A stretch of DNA of 64,000 nt, from NCBI GenBank assembly GCA_951812955.1, contig OX638340.1, forward strand, positions 2,560,001 to 2,624,000, given 5' to 3'. Under the pieces are notes generated by a model, which saw nothing but the letters and a program-made list of their open reading frames with translations, searched no databases and had not been told where the DNA came from. The position numbers were made by a program, and so were the translations under genes. Shown here piece by piece: positions 30,812-40,143 of the stretch; within the stretch, counting starts at the first letter, position 1, and each line of letters starts with the position of its first letter. This stretch comes from an uncultured Gemmatimonadota bacterium. Its GTDB lineage: Bacteria > JAAXHH01.

Positions 30812-32275
30812 TCAATCCGATGATTGGTGCGGAATGCCCAACTTCCTAATCCAGCCGCGAACGTATTCCTTCTCCGGCTGATCCAGCAACCGGAACGCGT
30901 ACCAGAGGTAGAGCGCCATACCCAGAATCACCAGGGCGACGCTGACCTCGATCCGATCGAAGGTCCACCTGGCCGCGCCGAAGGAGGCTGCTGAAAGGAC
31001 GATCAGGAGAATGTAGGGTTTCCAGGGGAAAAGCCGTCCTACGGTCGTGTCGAGCAGCCGGGCGTACCGGCCCAGATAGTAGATCCATCCGGCGGCGGTT
31101 CCGCACAGGGTGGCGAGTGCCGCGCCCCAGAGGCCGAAGGCCTTGATGAAGACCAGGTTGCCCGCGACGTTGACGATCAGCATGGCGGTCGCTGCCTGGA
31201 CGATGATCGCGTTGCGGTTCAGGGCCCTCGCGAGGACGTCCGGACTGTTGAAGCGGAGCAGGAGGAGCAGCGCGTAGATGCCCAGGACCCGGTGGCCCTC
31301 GAAGTAGGCGTCGGGCAGGATGATGCGGTACAGCACGTCGGAGAAGAGAAAGACGAAGATCCCCGCCGGTATGATGGCGATCATGCCGCAGGTCGAGCAC
31401 TTGTGCCACAGGGCCGCCATGGACGGATGGTCGCCGCCTTCGGCGTACCCCACGTAGGTGGAAAAGAGCACCGACCCGAACACGCTCATCAGGATGCCGG
31501 CGATGGGCAGTTCGATGGCCGATACGCTGTAGATCGCGAAGCTGGATGCGCCCAGGAAGGCGCTGATCATGATCTTGTCCAGGCTCCCGTTGACGAACGG
31601 AATGAACCCGGCGATACCCAGTCCCAGGGCGTAACGGTACTGGCCCTTGTTGTCGATACTCCGCACCCGGAAGGACAGCAGCTTCCTGTTGAGCAGGACG
31701 AGTCCGTAGAGTAGGGACTGAAAGGCCTCCAGGAGCACGATCAGGACGATGAGTTCGAAAACGGCCGTAATCAGCCCCGAAAACAGCGCGCCGGCGATGG
31801 CCGCGATGCGCAGCAGGTACTGAAACACGCGAAGACCGCTGGCCGCGGCGGTGTGTTCAGTCCCCACCAGGGCGTTGTGTGCGGCCATGTTTACGAATAA
31901 AAACAGGGCGATCAGGAGATAGGCGCCGATCTCCCGTAGATAGGGTCCCAGTTCCGTGTGAACGAGCAGGTAGGGCTTGATGAGAAGATGGAACAGCAGG
32001 AGGAGGGCCAGGAAGATCACCGCACAACTGGCCAGCGTGTTTCCCACGTATCTGCGTGCGTCCGCCGCGTATTTCCCCGATATGAAGTAGAAGACGCTCT
32101 CGATCAGCCCGGCGGCGAACAGGTACGCGAATCCGGCGGTCAGAATGCCGTACCTGTAAGGCGCCAGGTATTCCGGATCGAAGAAATGGGCGACGACGAT
32201 CGACTGGAGTACCTGGAGCGCGCTCGCACCGAGCAGCGCGGTATAGAGTATGACCGCCGCGTTTCGTTTAGACAT
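30812..32275 (-). CDS. polysaccharide/oligosaccharide flippase, MOP superfamily (Wzx-like)
   Basis: 487 aa with about 12-14 hydrophobic segments; Wzx-like N-terminal organization; operon context with GT genes. Confidence 0.6.
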   Translation of the reverse strand: MSKRNAAVILYTALLGASALQVLQSIVVAHFFDPEYLAPYRYGILTAGFAYLFAAGLIESVFYFISGKYAADARRYVGNTLASCAVIFLALLLLFHLLIKPYLLVHTELGPYLREIGAYLLIALFLFVNMAAHNALVGTEHTAAASGLRVFQYLLRIAAIAGALFSGLITAVFELIVLIVLLEAFQSLLYGLVLLNRKLLSFRVRSIDNKGQYRYALGLGIAGFIPFVNGSLDKIMISAFLGASSFAIYSVSAIELPIAGILMSVFGSVLFSTYVGYAEGGDHPSMAALWHKCSTCGMIAIIPAGIFVFLFSDVLYRIILPDAYFEGHRVLGIYALLLLLRFNSPDVLARALNRNAIIVQAATAMLIVNVAGNLVFIKAFGLWGAALATLCGTAAGWIYYLGRYARLLDTTVGRLFPWKPYILLIVLSAASFGAARWTFDRIEVSVALVILGMALYLWYAFRLLDQPEKEYVRGWIRKLGIPHQSSD

Positions 32276-32313
32276 GGTCCCGTCAGGCGGTGGACCTGCA
32301 CCGGCGGTAAGGC

Positions 32314-33696
32314 TCAGACCCCGTCCCTCAGTATCTCCGCGACGGCGGCGACGGCGCGGTCCGCCTCGTCGAGCGTGTTATAGATATGTGGGGAAAGCCG
32401 GACGTTGGGCCCCATGCCCGCGCCGGCCACATGGTACGTGTCGTAGAGCTTTGCGAAGACCTTGCGCGGGTCGAGATCACCTGGTTTGAAGATGACCACG
32501 CCGCCGGAGAGCGCGGGGTCCATGGACGTGGAGAGTGTCACGCCGGGCAGTTCGGTAAGGCCTTCCTTGATGGCCGTGGCCACCTGCCGCATGCGGGCCT
32601 CCACGCGGTCCGGTCCGATCTTCTCGTGGAAATCGACCCCCCGGCCCGTGGCCGTCAGCGCGGCGTCGTCCCGCTGGCCGAGAACTTCGTACTTTCGGGC
32701 GCTATCCACGTCGTCCCGCCATCCGGCGCTCACGATACTGGGCCAGACGGCGTCCTGGCTGTCTTTCCGGACGTACAGCACGCCGACTTCCTTAGGCCCC
32801 ATGAACCACTTGTGGGCGCTTCCGGAGTACGCGTCGCAGCCCATGTCGGCGAGATCGATCTTCAGGGCCCCGAAACTCTGGGCGCCGTCGACGAGGGAAA
32901 ACACGCCCCGTTCCCGCGCCGTCGCACAGAGCTGCCTGGCCGGCATGGAAAGTCCCGTCGTGTTGGACACGTGGGTGAAGGACATCACCTTCGTCGCCGG
33001 GGTGTACGCCCGTTCGAAGGCATCGATGATTTCGTCCTCGCCGCCTGGAATCAAGGGAACCGACACGTAGTTGATCTTAAATCCGTAACGTCTGGACTTG
33101 ACCTCCCACGCCGATTTGTTCGAGGGATGGTTCAGGTCGGACAGGAGCACCTCGTCACCCGTCTGGAGGTGGTAACCGGAACTGATGGCGTTGTTGGCTT
33201 CGCTCGTGTTCCGCACCAGTGCGATTTCATCGGGATGAGCACCCAGGAGCCGCGCCATCTTCTCGCGGGTATCCTCCCGGATCTGCCGGTATTTGATCCT
33301 GTTCTGGAAGGACGCGTCGTAATCCAGGTCGCGGGTATACTTGAAGACCGCTTCCATCACGGGAAAGGGTGACGGGCAAAGGTTGGCGGCGTTCATCAGG
33401 GCCAGGTTGTCCCGGAGGAGGAACTGGTTCCGGACCGCGTGCCAGTACCGTTCGTCGCCGGGGTCTGTGCCGGAGACGGCCGTGTCCAGGTCCTGTGGAG
33501 GCGAAGCGGCGGTGGAGGTGCCGTAACCGGCGACGAGGGCGCCGCCCGCGGCGATACCGCCGGCCAGCCGTTTCATGAACGATCGGCGGGATTCCTGCCA
33601 CGCCGACTCTGGAATACTCTCGATTTTCAATTCGTCCTGGATCATCCTTAAGCCTCCGGATGTGAGGGATAGGGACGCCGCGGAGCGGGATCCCAT
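32314..33696 (-). CDS. class V (fold type I) PLP-dependent aminotransferase/desulfurase-like enzyme with predicted Tat signal peptide
   Basis: Twin-arginine motif SRRSFMKRLAGGIAAGGALVAG near the N-terminus; PLP-lysine motif SGSAHKWFMGP; isopenicillin-N-epimerase/cysteine desulfurase-like blocks. Confidence 0.65.
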   Translation of the reverse strand: MGSRSAASLSLTSGGLRMIQDELKIESIPESAWQESRRSFMKRLAGGIAAGGALVAGYGTSTAASPPQDLDTAVSGTDPGDERYWHAVRNQFLLRDNLALMNAANLCPSPFPVMEAVFKYTRDLDYDASFQNRIKYRQIREDTREKMARLLGAHPDEIALVRNTSEANNAISSGYHLQTGDEVLLSDLNHPSNKSAWEVKSRRYGFKINYVSVPLIPGGEDEIIDAFERAYTPATKVMSFTHVSNTTGLSMPARQLCATARERGVFSLVDGAQSFGALKIDLADMGCDAYSGSAHKWFMGPKEVGVLYVRKDSQDAVWPSIVSAGWRDDVDSARKYEVLGQRDDAALTATGRGVDFHEKIGPDRVEARMRQVATAIKEGLTELPGVTLSTSMDPALSGGVVIFKPGDLDPRKVFAKLYDTYHVAGAGMGPNVRLSPHIYNTLDEADRAVAAVAEILRDGV

Positions 33697-33714
33697 CGCT
33701 AGAAATCCACTTGG

Positions 33715-34572
33715 CTAGAAATCCACCGCAATTCCGAGGTGGGCTGTAATGAGATCGGTGGTCGACTTGGTTATGTTGAGTTCGGCCGTACCCGACCTGC
33801 GGACGATGTCGCCCCGCTTCAGGTAGTCGGCCTCGGACCCGTCATGGTAGCGCATCCTGACATCCAGGGATACGGACCGCACGGTGCGGTTCTGCGACGT
33901 CCGGTCTTCGCCGGCTCCCCACACCTCGATCAGCACCCCGCCGCCCACACCCTTGGTAAATGCGAAATCATCGAGGTTCGTGGAACTGGCGATCTCCTCT
34001 CCGCTGAGACGGGGAAGGTTCTCGATCGCCGTACTCGTGAAAAGGTAGTGGAAGCCCACGACGCCTTCTACGTAGAAACGCAGTGGGGCGGTGGTACCGG
34101 TCATCAGACGAAGAAAGGCGTTCATCGAAAAGATGTTGTTCTCGGTGACCACGTCGACGAGGACGTCGGGGATGGTAAGGCTGAATTGCTCGGTGCGCCG
34201 CTCGTGGCCGTAGATCATGTAACCCAGGTCTAGGCCAATCACGGCCGGTGTACGGGGGATTATGTAGCCCACGAACCCGGACACGCCGATCCCCGGGTTC
34301 TTGACATTGTCGCCGAATTCGCCCGTCGGAAATCCGCCGAGGATGCCGATCCCGGTGATAACGACGGGGGGCACGTCCGCGGTTTCCCCTTCCTGCGCGT
34401 TGGCCGGCGCCGGACGCGCCAGGAGTACCAGTCCGACAAGGGCCGCTATGAACGTGGGATAGGTTGCGCGTCGAGTTATTCGGCTAAATATCCGGCGGAA
34501 AATGCGCTGCATTGGGAAGGTGTGTATTCGAGGTTGTGATTTATGCATGGCAGTTCGGGCCTTCCTGATCAA
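33715..34572 (-). CDS. putative outer-membrane beta-barrel protein; start uncertain
   Basis: Signal peptide ending ...LLARPAPANAQ, alternating amphipathic beta-strands, C-terminal ...GIAVDF aromatic terminus typical of OMPs. Confidence 0.35.
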   Translation of the reverse strand: MIRKARTAMHKSQPRIHTFPMQRIFRRIFSRITRRATYPTFIAALVGLVLLARPAPANAQEGETADVPPVVITGIGILGGFPTGEFGDNVKNPGIGVSGFVGYIIPRTPAVIGLDLGYMIYGHERRTEQFSLTIPDVLVDVVTENNIFSMNAFLRLMTGTTAPLRFYVEGVVGFHYLFTSTAIENLPRLSGEEIASSTNLDDFAFTKGVGGGVLIEVWGAGEDRTSQNRTVRSVSLDVRMRYHDGSEADYLKRGDIVRRSGTAELNITKSTTDLITAHLGIAVDF

Positions 34573-34585
34573 CCGCTTGTCGGAC

Positions 34586-35119
34586 TCAGGACGGTAGCTC
34601 TCCGATTTTGGCGAACACGGCGGACCACCGCGTTCGGTGACTGTCCTCTATAAAGTCGGGTACGAATCCCAGGCCGAGATAGGTCCTGATGGCCGGCACG
34701 CGAAAATCATCCGTACCCAGAAAGGCGGCCTGGTAACCATGATCACGCATATAATGAAGCACGGCCAGGGTTACGAGGCGCCCCAATCCCCGCCCCCGGT
34801 GGGCGGGTTTCGCGCATACCATGTGAACCTGCGCGGCGTTGACCCCTTCGGGTGGATTGTCGTAGGCGCAGGCCGTGGCCACGCCCTCCTCGGATTTCGT
34901 TACGAAGAAGCAGCCGTCCGGCAGAAACGGTTCCCGGCCGGTCACTTCCTCCCGGCACTTCTCGACGGTCCAGCCCGTGCCGATGCCCGTGTTCATGATC
35001 TCGCACCAGGCTGCTTCGTCGCCGGGCCGGTAGGTCCTCAGCGCATACCCCGCCGGCACGCCGATTCCCGGAAGGTTATTCAGGTCGGGGCGTACCATCC
35101 GAAGCTGACGTTCAGGCAT
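34586..35119 (-). CDS. GNAT family N-acetyltransferase
   Basis: Acetyl-CoA binding motif AHRGRGLGRLVTLAVLHY; 177 aa. Confidence 0.7.
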   Translation of the reverse strand: MPERQLRMVRPDLNNLPGIGVPAGYALRTYRPGDEAAWCEIMNTGIGTGWTVEKCREEVTGREPFLPDGCFFVTKSEEGVATACAYDNPPEGVNAAQVHMVCAKPAHRGRGLGRLVTLAVLHYMRDHGYQAAFLGTDDFRVPAIRTYLGLGFVPDFIEDSHRTRWSAVFAKIGELPS

Positions 35120-35133
35120 GGACGCCCCGTCCT

Positions 35134-35901
35134 CTACACGTCACATCCGACGCTCCGCAGGTGCGCCACCGAATCCGCCACGCGCCGGCAGGTCTCGTCC
35201 TCGTCAAGCGATTCGCCTTCCACGCCTTCGATTTCCATGGTGAAAGGCCCATAGAACCCGTGGCCGTTCAACCGGTCGAAAACCGCCTTGAAATCGACGA
35301 TTCCCACGCCGAAGGTCGGGAAACACCAGGTCTTGTAACTGCCGTCCGTATCCTTGAGATGCATGCTGCCGATGTAGTCGATGACCTTAACCATCTCGTC
35401 GACGTGGTCCACGTCCCGGTTGTAGTAGTGGATGTTGGCCGTGTCGTAATTCACTCGGATGTTGGGGTGATCGACGCCGCGCATGGTCTCCACCGCGACA
35501 GCCGCGTTGGTGATCAGGTCGGGATGGGTTTCCATGCCGATGGTGATCCCGTACTCGGCGGCCTTTATCCCCGCGCGGTGCAACCGCTCGTAGACCACTT
35601 TCTTGTCCAGTTCCCCGGCCTGCACGCTCACGAAGAGCAATCCGGCGCCCAGGGCCGCGGCGGCATCCAGGTGCGGGGTCAGCCGCGCGTCCACGTCGTC
35701 GTGCTCGACTTCCACCGGACACTGCAGACTGCTGGCCGACAGACCGTGACGTTCGAGCCTGGCCTTGACCTCGTCTATCCGGTCCGGCGCGGGCGCGTCG
35801 ATTTCCACGTGATGAACACCGATCGTGGGCAGATGGGCATAGGCGGAATCGCTGAATTTTCCGTAGCTTGCCGTTCGGCACGCAAGCAGGTTGGCGGGCA
35901 T
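35134..35901 (-). CDS. sugar phosphate isomerase/epimerase (xylose isomerase-like TIM barrel)
   Basis: 255 aa; the alpha/beta barrel pattern of the AP endonuclease 2 / xylose isomerase-like family. Confidence 0.6.
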   Translation of the reverse strand: MPANLLACRTASYGKFSDSAYAHLPTIGVHHVEIDAPAPDRIDEVKARLERHGLSASSLQCPVEVEHDDVDARLTPHLDAAAALGAGLLFVSVQAGELDKKVVYERLHRAGIKAAEYGITIGMETHPDLITNAAVAVETMRGVDHPNIRVNYDTANIHYYNRDVDHVDEMVKVIDYIGSMHLKDTDGSYKTWCFPTFGVGIVDFKAVFDRLNGHGFYGPFTMEIEGVEGESLDEDETCRRVADSVAHLRSVGCDV

Positions 35902-35998
35902 AAGGATCCTTCTTTCGGGAAGCGTTACGTGTGCGGACGGGATGCGTACCTTTCAAAATATAACCGAAGGGTACGAGGGGGTCAAGATATCGTACCGG

Positions 35999-37474
35999 TC
36001 AGATGCCCCGATTTCCCGCTAACCATTTCATCAGGCCTTCAGCGGGCAATTCGGATTTCAGGATGGGCGTCCGTACGCCCTGGGTCCGCAGCAGGGCTTC
36101 GGCGCCCTGGTAACCGCTGCGCACCGCGCTTTCCATGGTAGCCGGCCAGCCCGTCTGTACCCAGTCGCCGGCGAGGAAGAAATTGGAAAGGGGACTGGAT
36201 GGACCGGGGCGCAGTGCGTCGCAACCGGGGTTGGGCGCGAACGTCGCCCTGCCCTCCTTGACGACGATGGCCTTGAGCAGTTCTGCCTGGCGTACGGCGG
36301 GCAGCAGGGACCTGAGATCTTCCATGGCCTGATCGATGATCATCTGTCGCGGCATTTTCATCCATTCATCGGAAGCACTGACTACGAGTCCGAGATAGGC
36401 TCCGTCGTTTTCCATGGCGTTGGTCCCGTCGTTTTCCACGGAGTTGGCTCCGGAGTGCCGATTGGACTGGTTGAATATCCACTGTATCCTCCTTCCGATC
36501 ACCGCGGCGTAGTCCAGTTCCGTCACGGGCCGGTCGAACCAGACGTGGACGGCCGTGATGGGAGAAACCGACAGCCCGGCAAGCATCGCGAAGTAGGGAT
36601 TCGAGGCTTGGCTTTGCGGCAGCAGCCGGCACAAAACATCGAATGGCAGGGCCGAAAGGTATGCCCCGGCCTCGACGGTCGAACCGTCCTGCAGCGAGAT
36701 GGAAGCCACCTTGCCGCCGTGGACGGCAATGCCGGTAACGCCCCGGTTGAACACGACGCGGCCGCCCCGCCGTTCGATGTAATCTATGCACGGCGCGTAC
36801 AGGTCTCCCAGCGGAACGGCGGGCAGCCCCACCTCGTACCCTCGGCGATTGATCAGAAAGGCCCGAACGGCCGTCCCGATTCCGTAATCGGCATCGATGT
36901 CGTCCAGTTCATCGTTGAGCGCACTGATTAGAAAGGGTTTCCAGAAGGCTTCGATGGCCCGCTTCGTTGCGCCGTGGGCTAGAAGCCAGGCAGACATGGA
37001 AACCGGAGACGGTGCTTCGGCGGCCTGATGTGTTTCCGGATAGCCGGTATTCCGTGATCTCATGACGTGGCGGACCATGCCGGCCACGGTGCGGACGATC
37101 GACAGCTTGTCCCGGATTCCCATCGTTTTAAGCCGGAGGAACGATGGAAGCAGGTGCAGGGGCGCGGGGAGACCCGAGGGCCCGATGACCGAAACGCGGT
37201 TGGACTCGTCGATGAATGGAATGGTCTCGTGAAAGTCGATATGGTTCGCGACGCCGAGACGGTCGTAGAAGTCCAGGAGGTTAACACAGCAGCCCAGGAG
37301 CACGTGCTGGCAGTTGTCCACCCGCTCGCCGCTTGACGGGTGTATGAAGGAGGTGGCGCGGCCGCCCAGGATTGGACGTCTTTCGTACAGTTCGACCTCG
37401 AAACCGGCATCGGCCAGCGCAACCGCGCCGGCCAGTCCAGCCAGCCCGCCACCGATTACGATTACCTGGCTCAT
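35999..37474 (-). CDS. hpnE: hydroxysqualene dehydroxylase (FAD-dependent amine-oxidase fold); start at MSQVIVIGGG, overlapping the hpnD stop by 4 nt
   Basis: FAD dinucleotide-binding VIVIGGGLAGLAGAVALADAGFEVELYERRPILGGRA; phytoene-desaturase-like length; directly downstream of two squalene/phytoene-synthase-family genes. Confidence 0.7.
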   Translation of the reverse strand: MSQVIVIGGGLAGLAGAVALADAGFEVELYERRPILGGRATSFIHPSSGERVDNCQHVLLGCCVNLLDFYDRLGVANHIDFHETIPFIDESNRVSVIGPSGLPAPLHLLPSFLRLKTMGIRDKLSIVRTVAGMVRHVMRSRNTGYPETHQAAEAPSPVSMSAWLLAHGATKRAIEAFWKPFLISALNDELDDIDADYGIGTAVRAFLINRRGYEVGLPAVPLGDLYAPCIDYIERRGGRVVFNRGVTGIAVHGGKVASISLQDGSTVEAGAYLSALPFDVLCRLLPQSQASNPYFAMLAGLSVSPITAVHVWFDRPVTELDYAAVIGRRIQWIFNQSNRHSGANSVENDGTNAMENDGAYLGLVVSASDEWMKMPRQMIIDQAMEDLRSLLPAVRQAELLKAIVVKEGRATFAPNPGCDALRPGPSSPLSNFFLAGDWVQTGWPATMESAVRSGYQGAEALLRTQGVRTPILKSELPAEGLMKWLAGNRGI

Positions 37475-38406
37475 ACGCGCTTTCGGATCAGCGCCCGGGC
37501 CGTGATGGAGATTTTCTTCCATGGGGACAGGCCGATGCGCTGGCTATACACGTCGTACTGGCGACGGGGGATTTCTTCAAGGCACGCCCGGTAGATGCCG
37601 ATCATGGCCGCCAGACACGCCCTGCTTGAGAACTGAACCTTCGGAAGGAGCGGCAGCGCTGCGTCGTAGTAGCTTCTGGCGCGTTCCACCTGGAATTCCA
37701 TCAGTCGCCGGAACGAATCGTCTAAAAGTCCGTTCCGCAGACGTTCCTCCGGGTACCCGAAGGCGTCAAGGTCCTCCTGCGGCAGGTAGATACGGCCCAT
37801 CCCCGCGTCCTCCCTCAGGTCGCGCAGTATATTTGTCAGCTGAAAGGCGATGCCACAGGACTCGGCGTGTTTTTTGGCTTCCGCGCCATTGAATCCGAAG
37901 ATGTGTATGCACACCAGTCCGACGGCGGAAGCCACGCGGTAGCAGTACTGGTAAAGTTCTTCGAAGGTGGCGTAACGCGTCACCGTAAGGTCCATTTGCG
38001 CGCCGTCGATAATGGCGTCGAAGTACGCTCTCGGGATGTCGTATCTCCCCACCGTGTCCCTGAATGCCGGCAACAGCCCGCGGACGTCGGGCGGTGTTTC
38101 GCCATAGGCGTCGGCCGGTGGTCCGTCATATGCGTCGGGCGGTGGTCCGTCATAGGCGCGGTCCAGGGACTCGCGGCAGGCGTTCAACCGGTTTTCCTTG
38201 TCCGCCTCCCCGGCCTCCTCGTCGACGATGTCGTCGCAGTAGCGCATGAAGGCGTACACGGCGCACATGGCCCGTCGCCGTTCAGCCGGCAGGACGATAA
38301 AGGAATAGTAGAAGTTCTTAGCCCTCGATTTCGCGATTTCGCGGCAGAAATCATAGGAGCGCTTCAACGATTCCGGATCGGCAGATTGTTTTTTCACAGG
38401 GTTCAT
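37471..38406 (-). CDS. hpnD: presqualene diphosphate synthase (squalene/phytoene synthase family) with an in-frame proline-rich insertion
   Basis: Trans-isoprenyl diphosphate synthase head-to-head motifs (YSFIVLPAERRRAMCAVYAFMRYCDDIVDE, second Asp-rich motif). Insertion AYDGPPPDAYDGPPADAYGETPPDV. Confidence 0.75.
   Translation of the reverse strand: MNPVKKQSADPESLKRSYDFCREIAKSRAKNFYYSFIVLPAERRRAMCAVYAFMRYCDDIVDEEAGEADKENRLNACRESLDRAYDGPPPDAYDGPPADAYGETPPDVRGLLPAFRDTVGRYDIPRAYFDAIIDGAQMDLTVTRYATFEELYQYCYRVASAVGLVCIHIFGFNGAEAKKHAESCGIAFQLTNILRDLREDAGMGRIYLPQEDLDAFGYPEERLRNGLLDDSFRRLMEFQVERARSYYDAALPLLPKVQFSSRACLAAMIGIYRACLEEIPRRQYDVYSQRIGLSPWKKISITARALIRKRV
38086..38157. repeat. 24-nt tandem repeat x3 inside hpnD (gtcggccggtggtccgtcatatgc and variants) encoding a DAYDGPP(P/A) repeat on the minus strand
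   Basis: Direct reading. Confidence 0.85.
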
Positions 38407-38475
38407 GACAACGGCGTTCCATCGTTACGTACAACGAGCACGGTTCGACGAGTACGGTTCGACGCGCACGACCCA

Positions 38476-39435
38476 CTAAGGGGTCGCGGACGGTCCGGTC
38501 CGGTTCCAGATCCGTTTCAGTGCGTATTTCACAAACAGGCTGGTCTTTCGGGCGGGCGACAGGGTGGGCCGACTGGACAGCACGTCGTAACGCCGTCTTT
38601 CGATCTGGTCGAGCAGGGCGGAGCCACAGCGGTTGAACAGTTCGATGTCCAGCCGGACCCGCCCGTCCAACATCCCGCACAACCCGAGCCCCTCATCGAA
38701 CAGCGCTCGCGTCCTGTTCACCTGGTACGCCATCAGTCTCCTGAAACGCTCGTCGACGACCCCGGCCTCGAGGTCCGCCTCGGTGTAATGGTACCGATCC
38801 AGGTCCTCCTGGGGCAAGTAGATCCTGCCTTTTTCCAGGTCCACCCTGACGTCCTGCCAGAAGTTGGCCAGCTGGAGCGCGGTACACGTAGCGTCGGAAA
38901 GGACCTGGCGTTCATTGTCCCGGTGGCCGCACAGGTAGAGCACGAGGTGGCCCACCGGATTGGCGGAGTACCGACAGTATTCGAGCACATCCGCGTAGGT
39001 CCTGTAACGCGTTACGACCTGGTCTTGCCGGAACGCGGTCAGCAAGTCTCGAAACGGGGTTATGGGTATCTCGAATCGGTCGATCGTCTCCCGGAGGGCG
39101 ATGAATACCGGATGCCGGGCGCTACCGTCGTAACAGGCCTGCAACTCGGCGTCCCACCAATCGAGCAGTTCCAGGGAAAGGCCGGTATCGCCGGTTTCGT
39201 CGGCGAGGTCGTCGGACCACCGGCAGTAGGCGTAGACATGGTAGAAGTGCTGCCGCAGCGCGGTGGGCAGGAACCGGGAAACGACAATGAAATTCTCGTA
39301 GTGCTGGCGTGCGAGGTGGCTGCAGTACCGGGTAGCGGACGCCAGGGAGGCGTCGCCGGCGCCGGGCAGCGCGTCGAGGGCGAGGTGATCGAACCGGCGC
39401 ATGGCTTCAGGCAGGTAGTCGGGTAGCTGGGACAT
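38476..39435 (-). CDS. hpnC: hydroxysqualene synthase (squalene/phytoene synthase family)
   Basis: ENFIVVSRFLPTALRQHFYHVYAYCRWSDDLADE and downstream Asp-rich motif; 319 aa; first gene of the hpnCDE trio. Confidence 0.75.
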   Translation of the reverse strand: MSQLPDYLPEAMRRFDHLALDALPGAGDASLASATRYCSHLARQHYENFIVVSRFLPTALRQHFYHVYAYCRWSDDLADETGDTGLSLELLDWWDAELQACYDGSARHPVFIALRETIDRFEIPITPFRDLLTAFRQDQVVTRYRTYADVLEYCRYSANPVGHLVLYLCGHRDNERQVLSDATCTALQLANFWQDVRVDLEKGRIYLPQEDLDRYHYTEADLEAGVVDERFRRLMAYQVNRTRALFDEGLGLCGMLDGRVRLDIELFNRCGSALLDQIERRRYDVLSSRPTLSPARKTSLFVKYALKRIWNRTGPSATP

Positions 39436-39495
39436 GGCCGGTTCGCGTACCCCTCGTTCTCGTTCCGGCCATGGTTCAGCCGGGATTACGCCGCT

Positions 39496-40143
39496 CTATC
39501 CGCCGCTGCAGGCGAATTCCAGTACGAGTTCCTCTTCGAGACGGTATTCGATGAGGTCCTTGATTGTGGCGATCTTCAGATGATGCTCTTCGGCGATTTC
39601 GATCAACCGGGGAAGACGGGCCATGGAGCCGTCCACATCCAGCACCTCGCACAGGACGCCCGCGGGGTAAAGGCCGGCCAGCCTCATCAGGTCGACCGTG
39701 GCCTCGGTGTGTCCGTCCCTTTCCAGCACGCCTCCGTCCCGTGCCTGCAACGGGAAGAGATGTCCCGGCCGTTCGAAGTCTTCCGGCGCCGTATCCGGGC
39801 TCACGAACAACTGGGCGCTGATCGCCCTGTCATGGGCGGAAATGCCGGATGTCACGCCGTTTACGGCATCTACGGACACCGTGAAGGGCGTGTCCGCGAT
39901 CGACGTCTTTCCGTTGACCATGATCGGAATATCCAGCTCTTCAAGCCGCTGCTTCGTGGTGGGCAGACAGATCAGTCCCCGTCCATGCCTCGCCATGAAG
40001 TTGATGATTTCGGGCGTGACTCTCTCGGCGGATACCATGAAGTCGCCCTCGTTCTCGCGGTTTTCGTCGTCGATGACGATCAGTACACGTCCCGCCCTGA
40101 CTTCTTCCACGGCTTCGGGAATGGTACAGAAATGGGATAACAT
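39496..40143 (-). CDS. ribB: 3,4-dihydroxy-2-butanone 4-phosphate synthase
   Basis: RVLIVIDDENRENEGDFMVSAERVTPEIINFMARHGRGLICLP is the DHBP synthase signature; 215 aa (no GTP cyclohydrolase II domain). Confidence 0.85.
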   Translation of the reverse strand: MLSHFCTIPEAVEEVRAGRVLIVIDDENRENEGDFMVSAERVTPEIINFMARHGRGLICLPTTKQRLEELDIPIMVNGKTSIADTPFTVSVDAVNGVTSGISAHDRAISAQLFVSPDTAPEDFERPGHLFPLQARDGGVLERDGHTEATVDLMRLAGLYPAGVLCEVLDVDGSMARLPRLIEIAEEHHLKIATIKDLIEYRLEEELVLEFACSGG

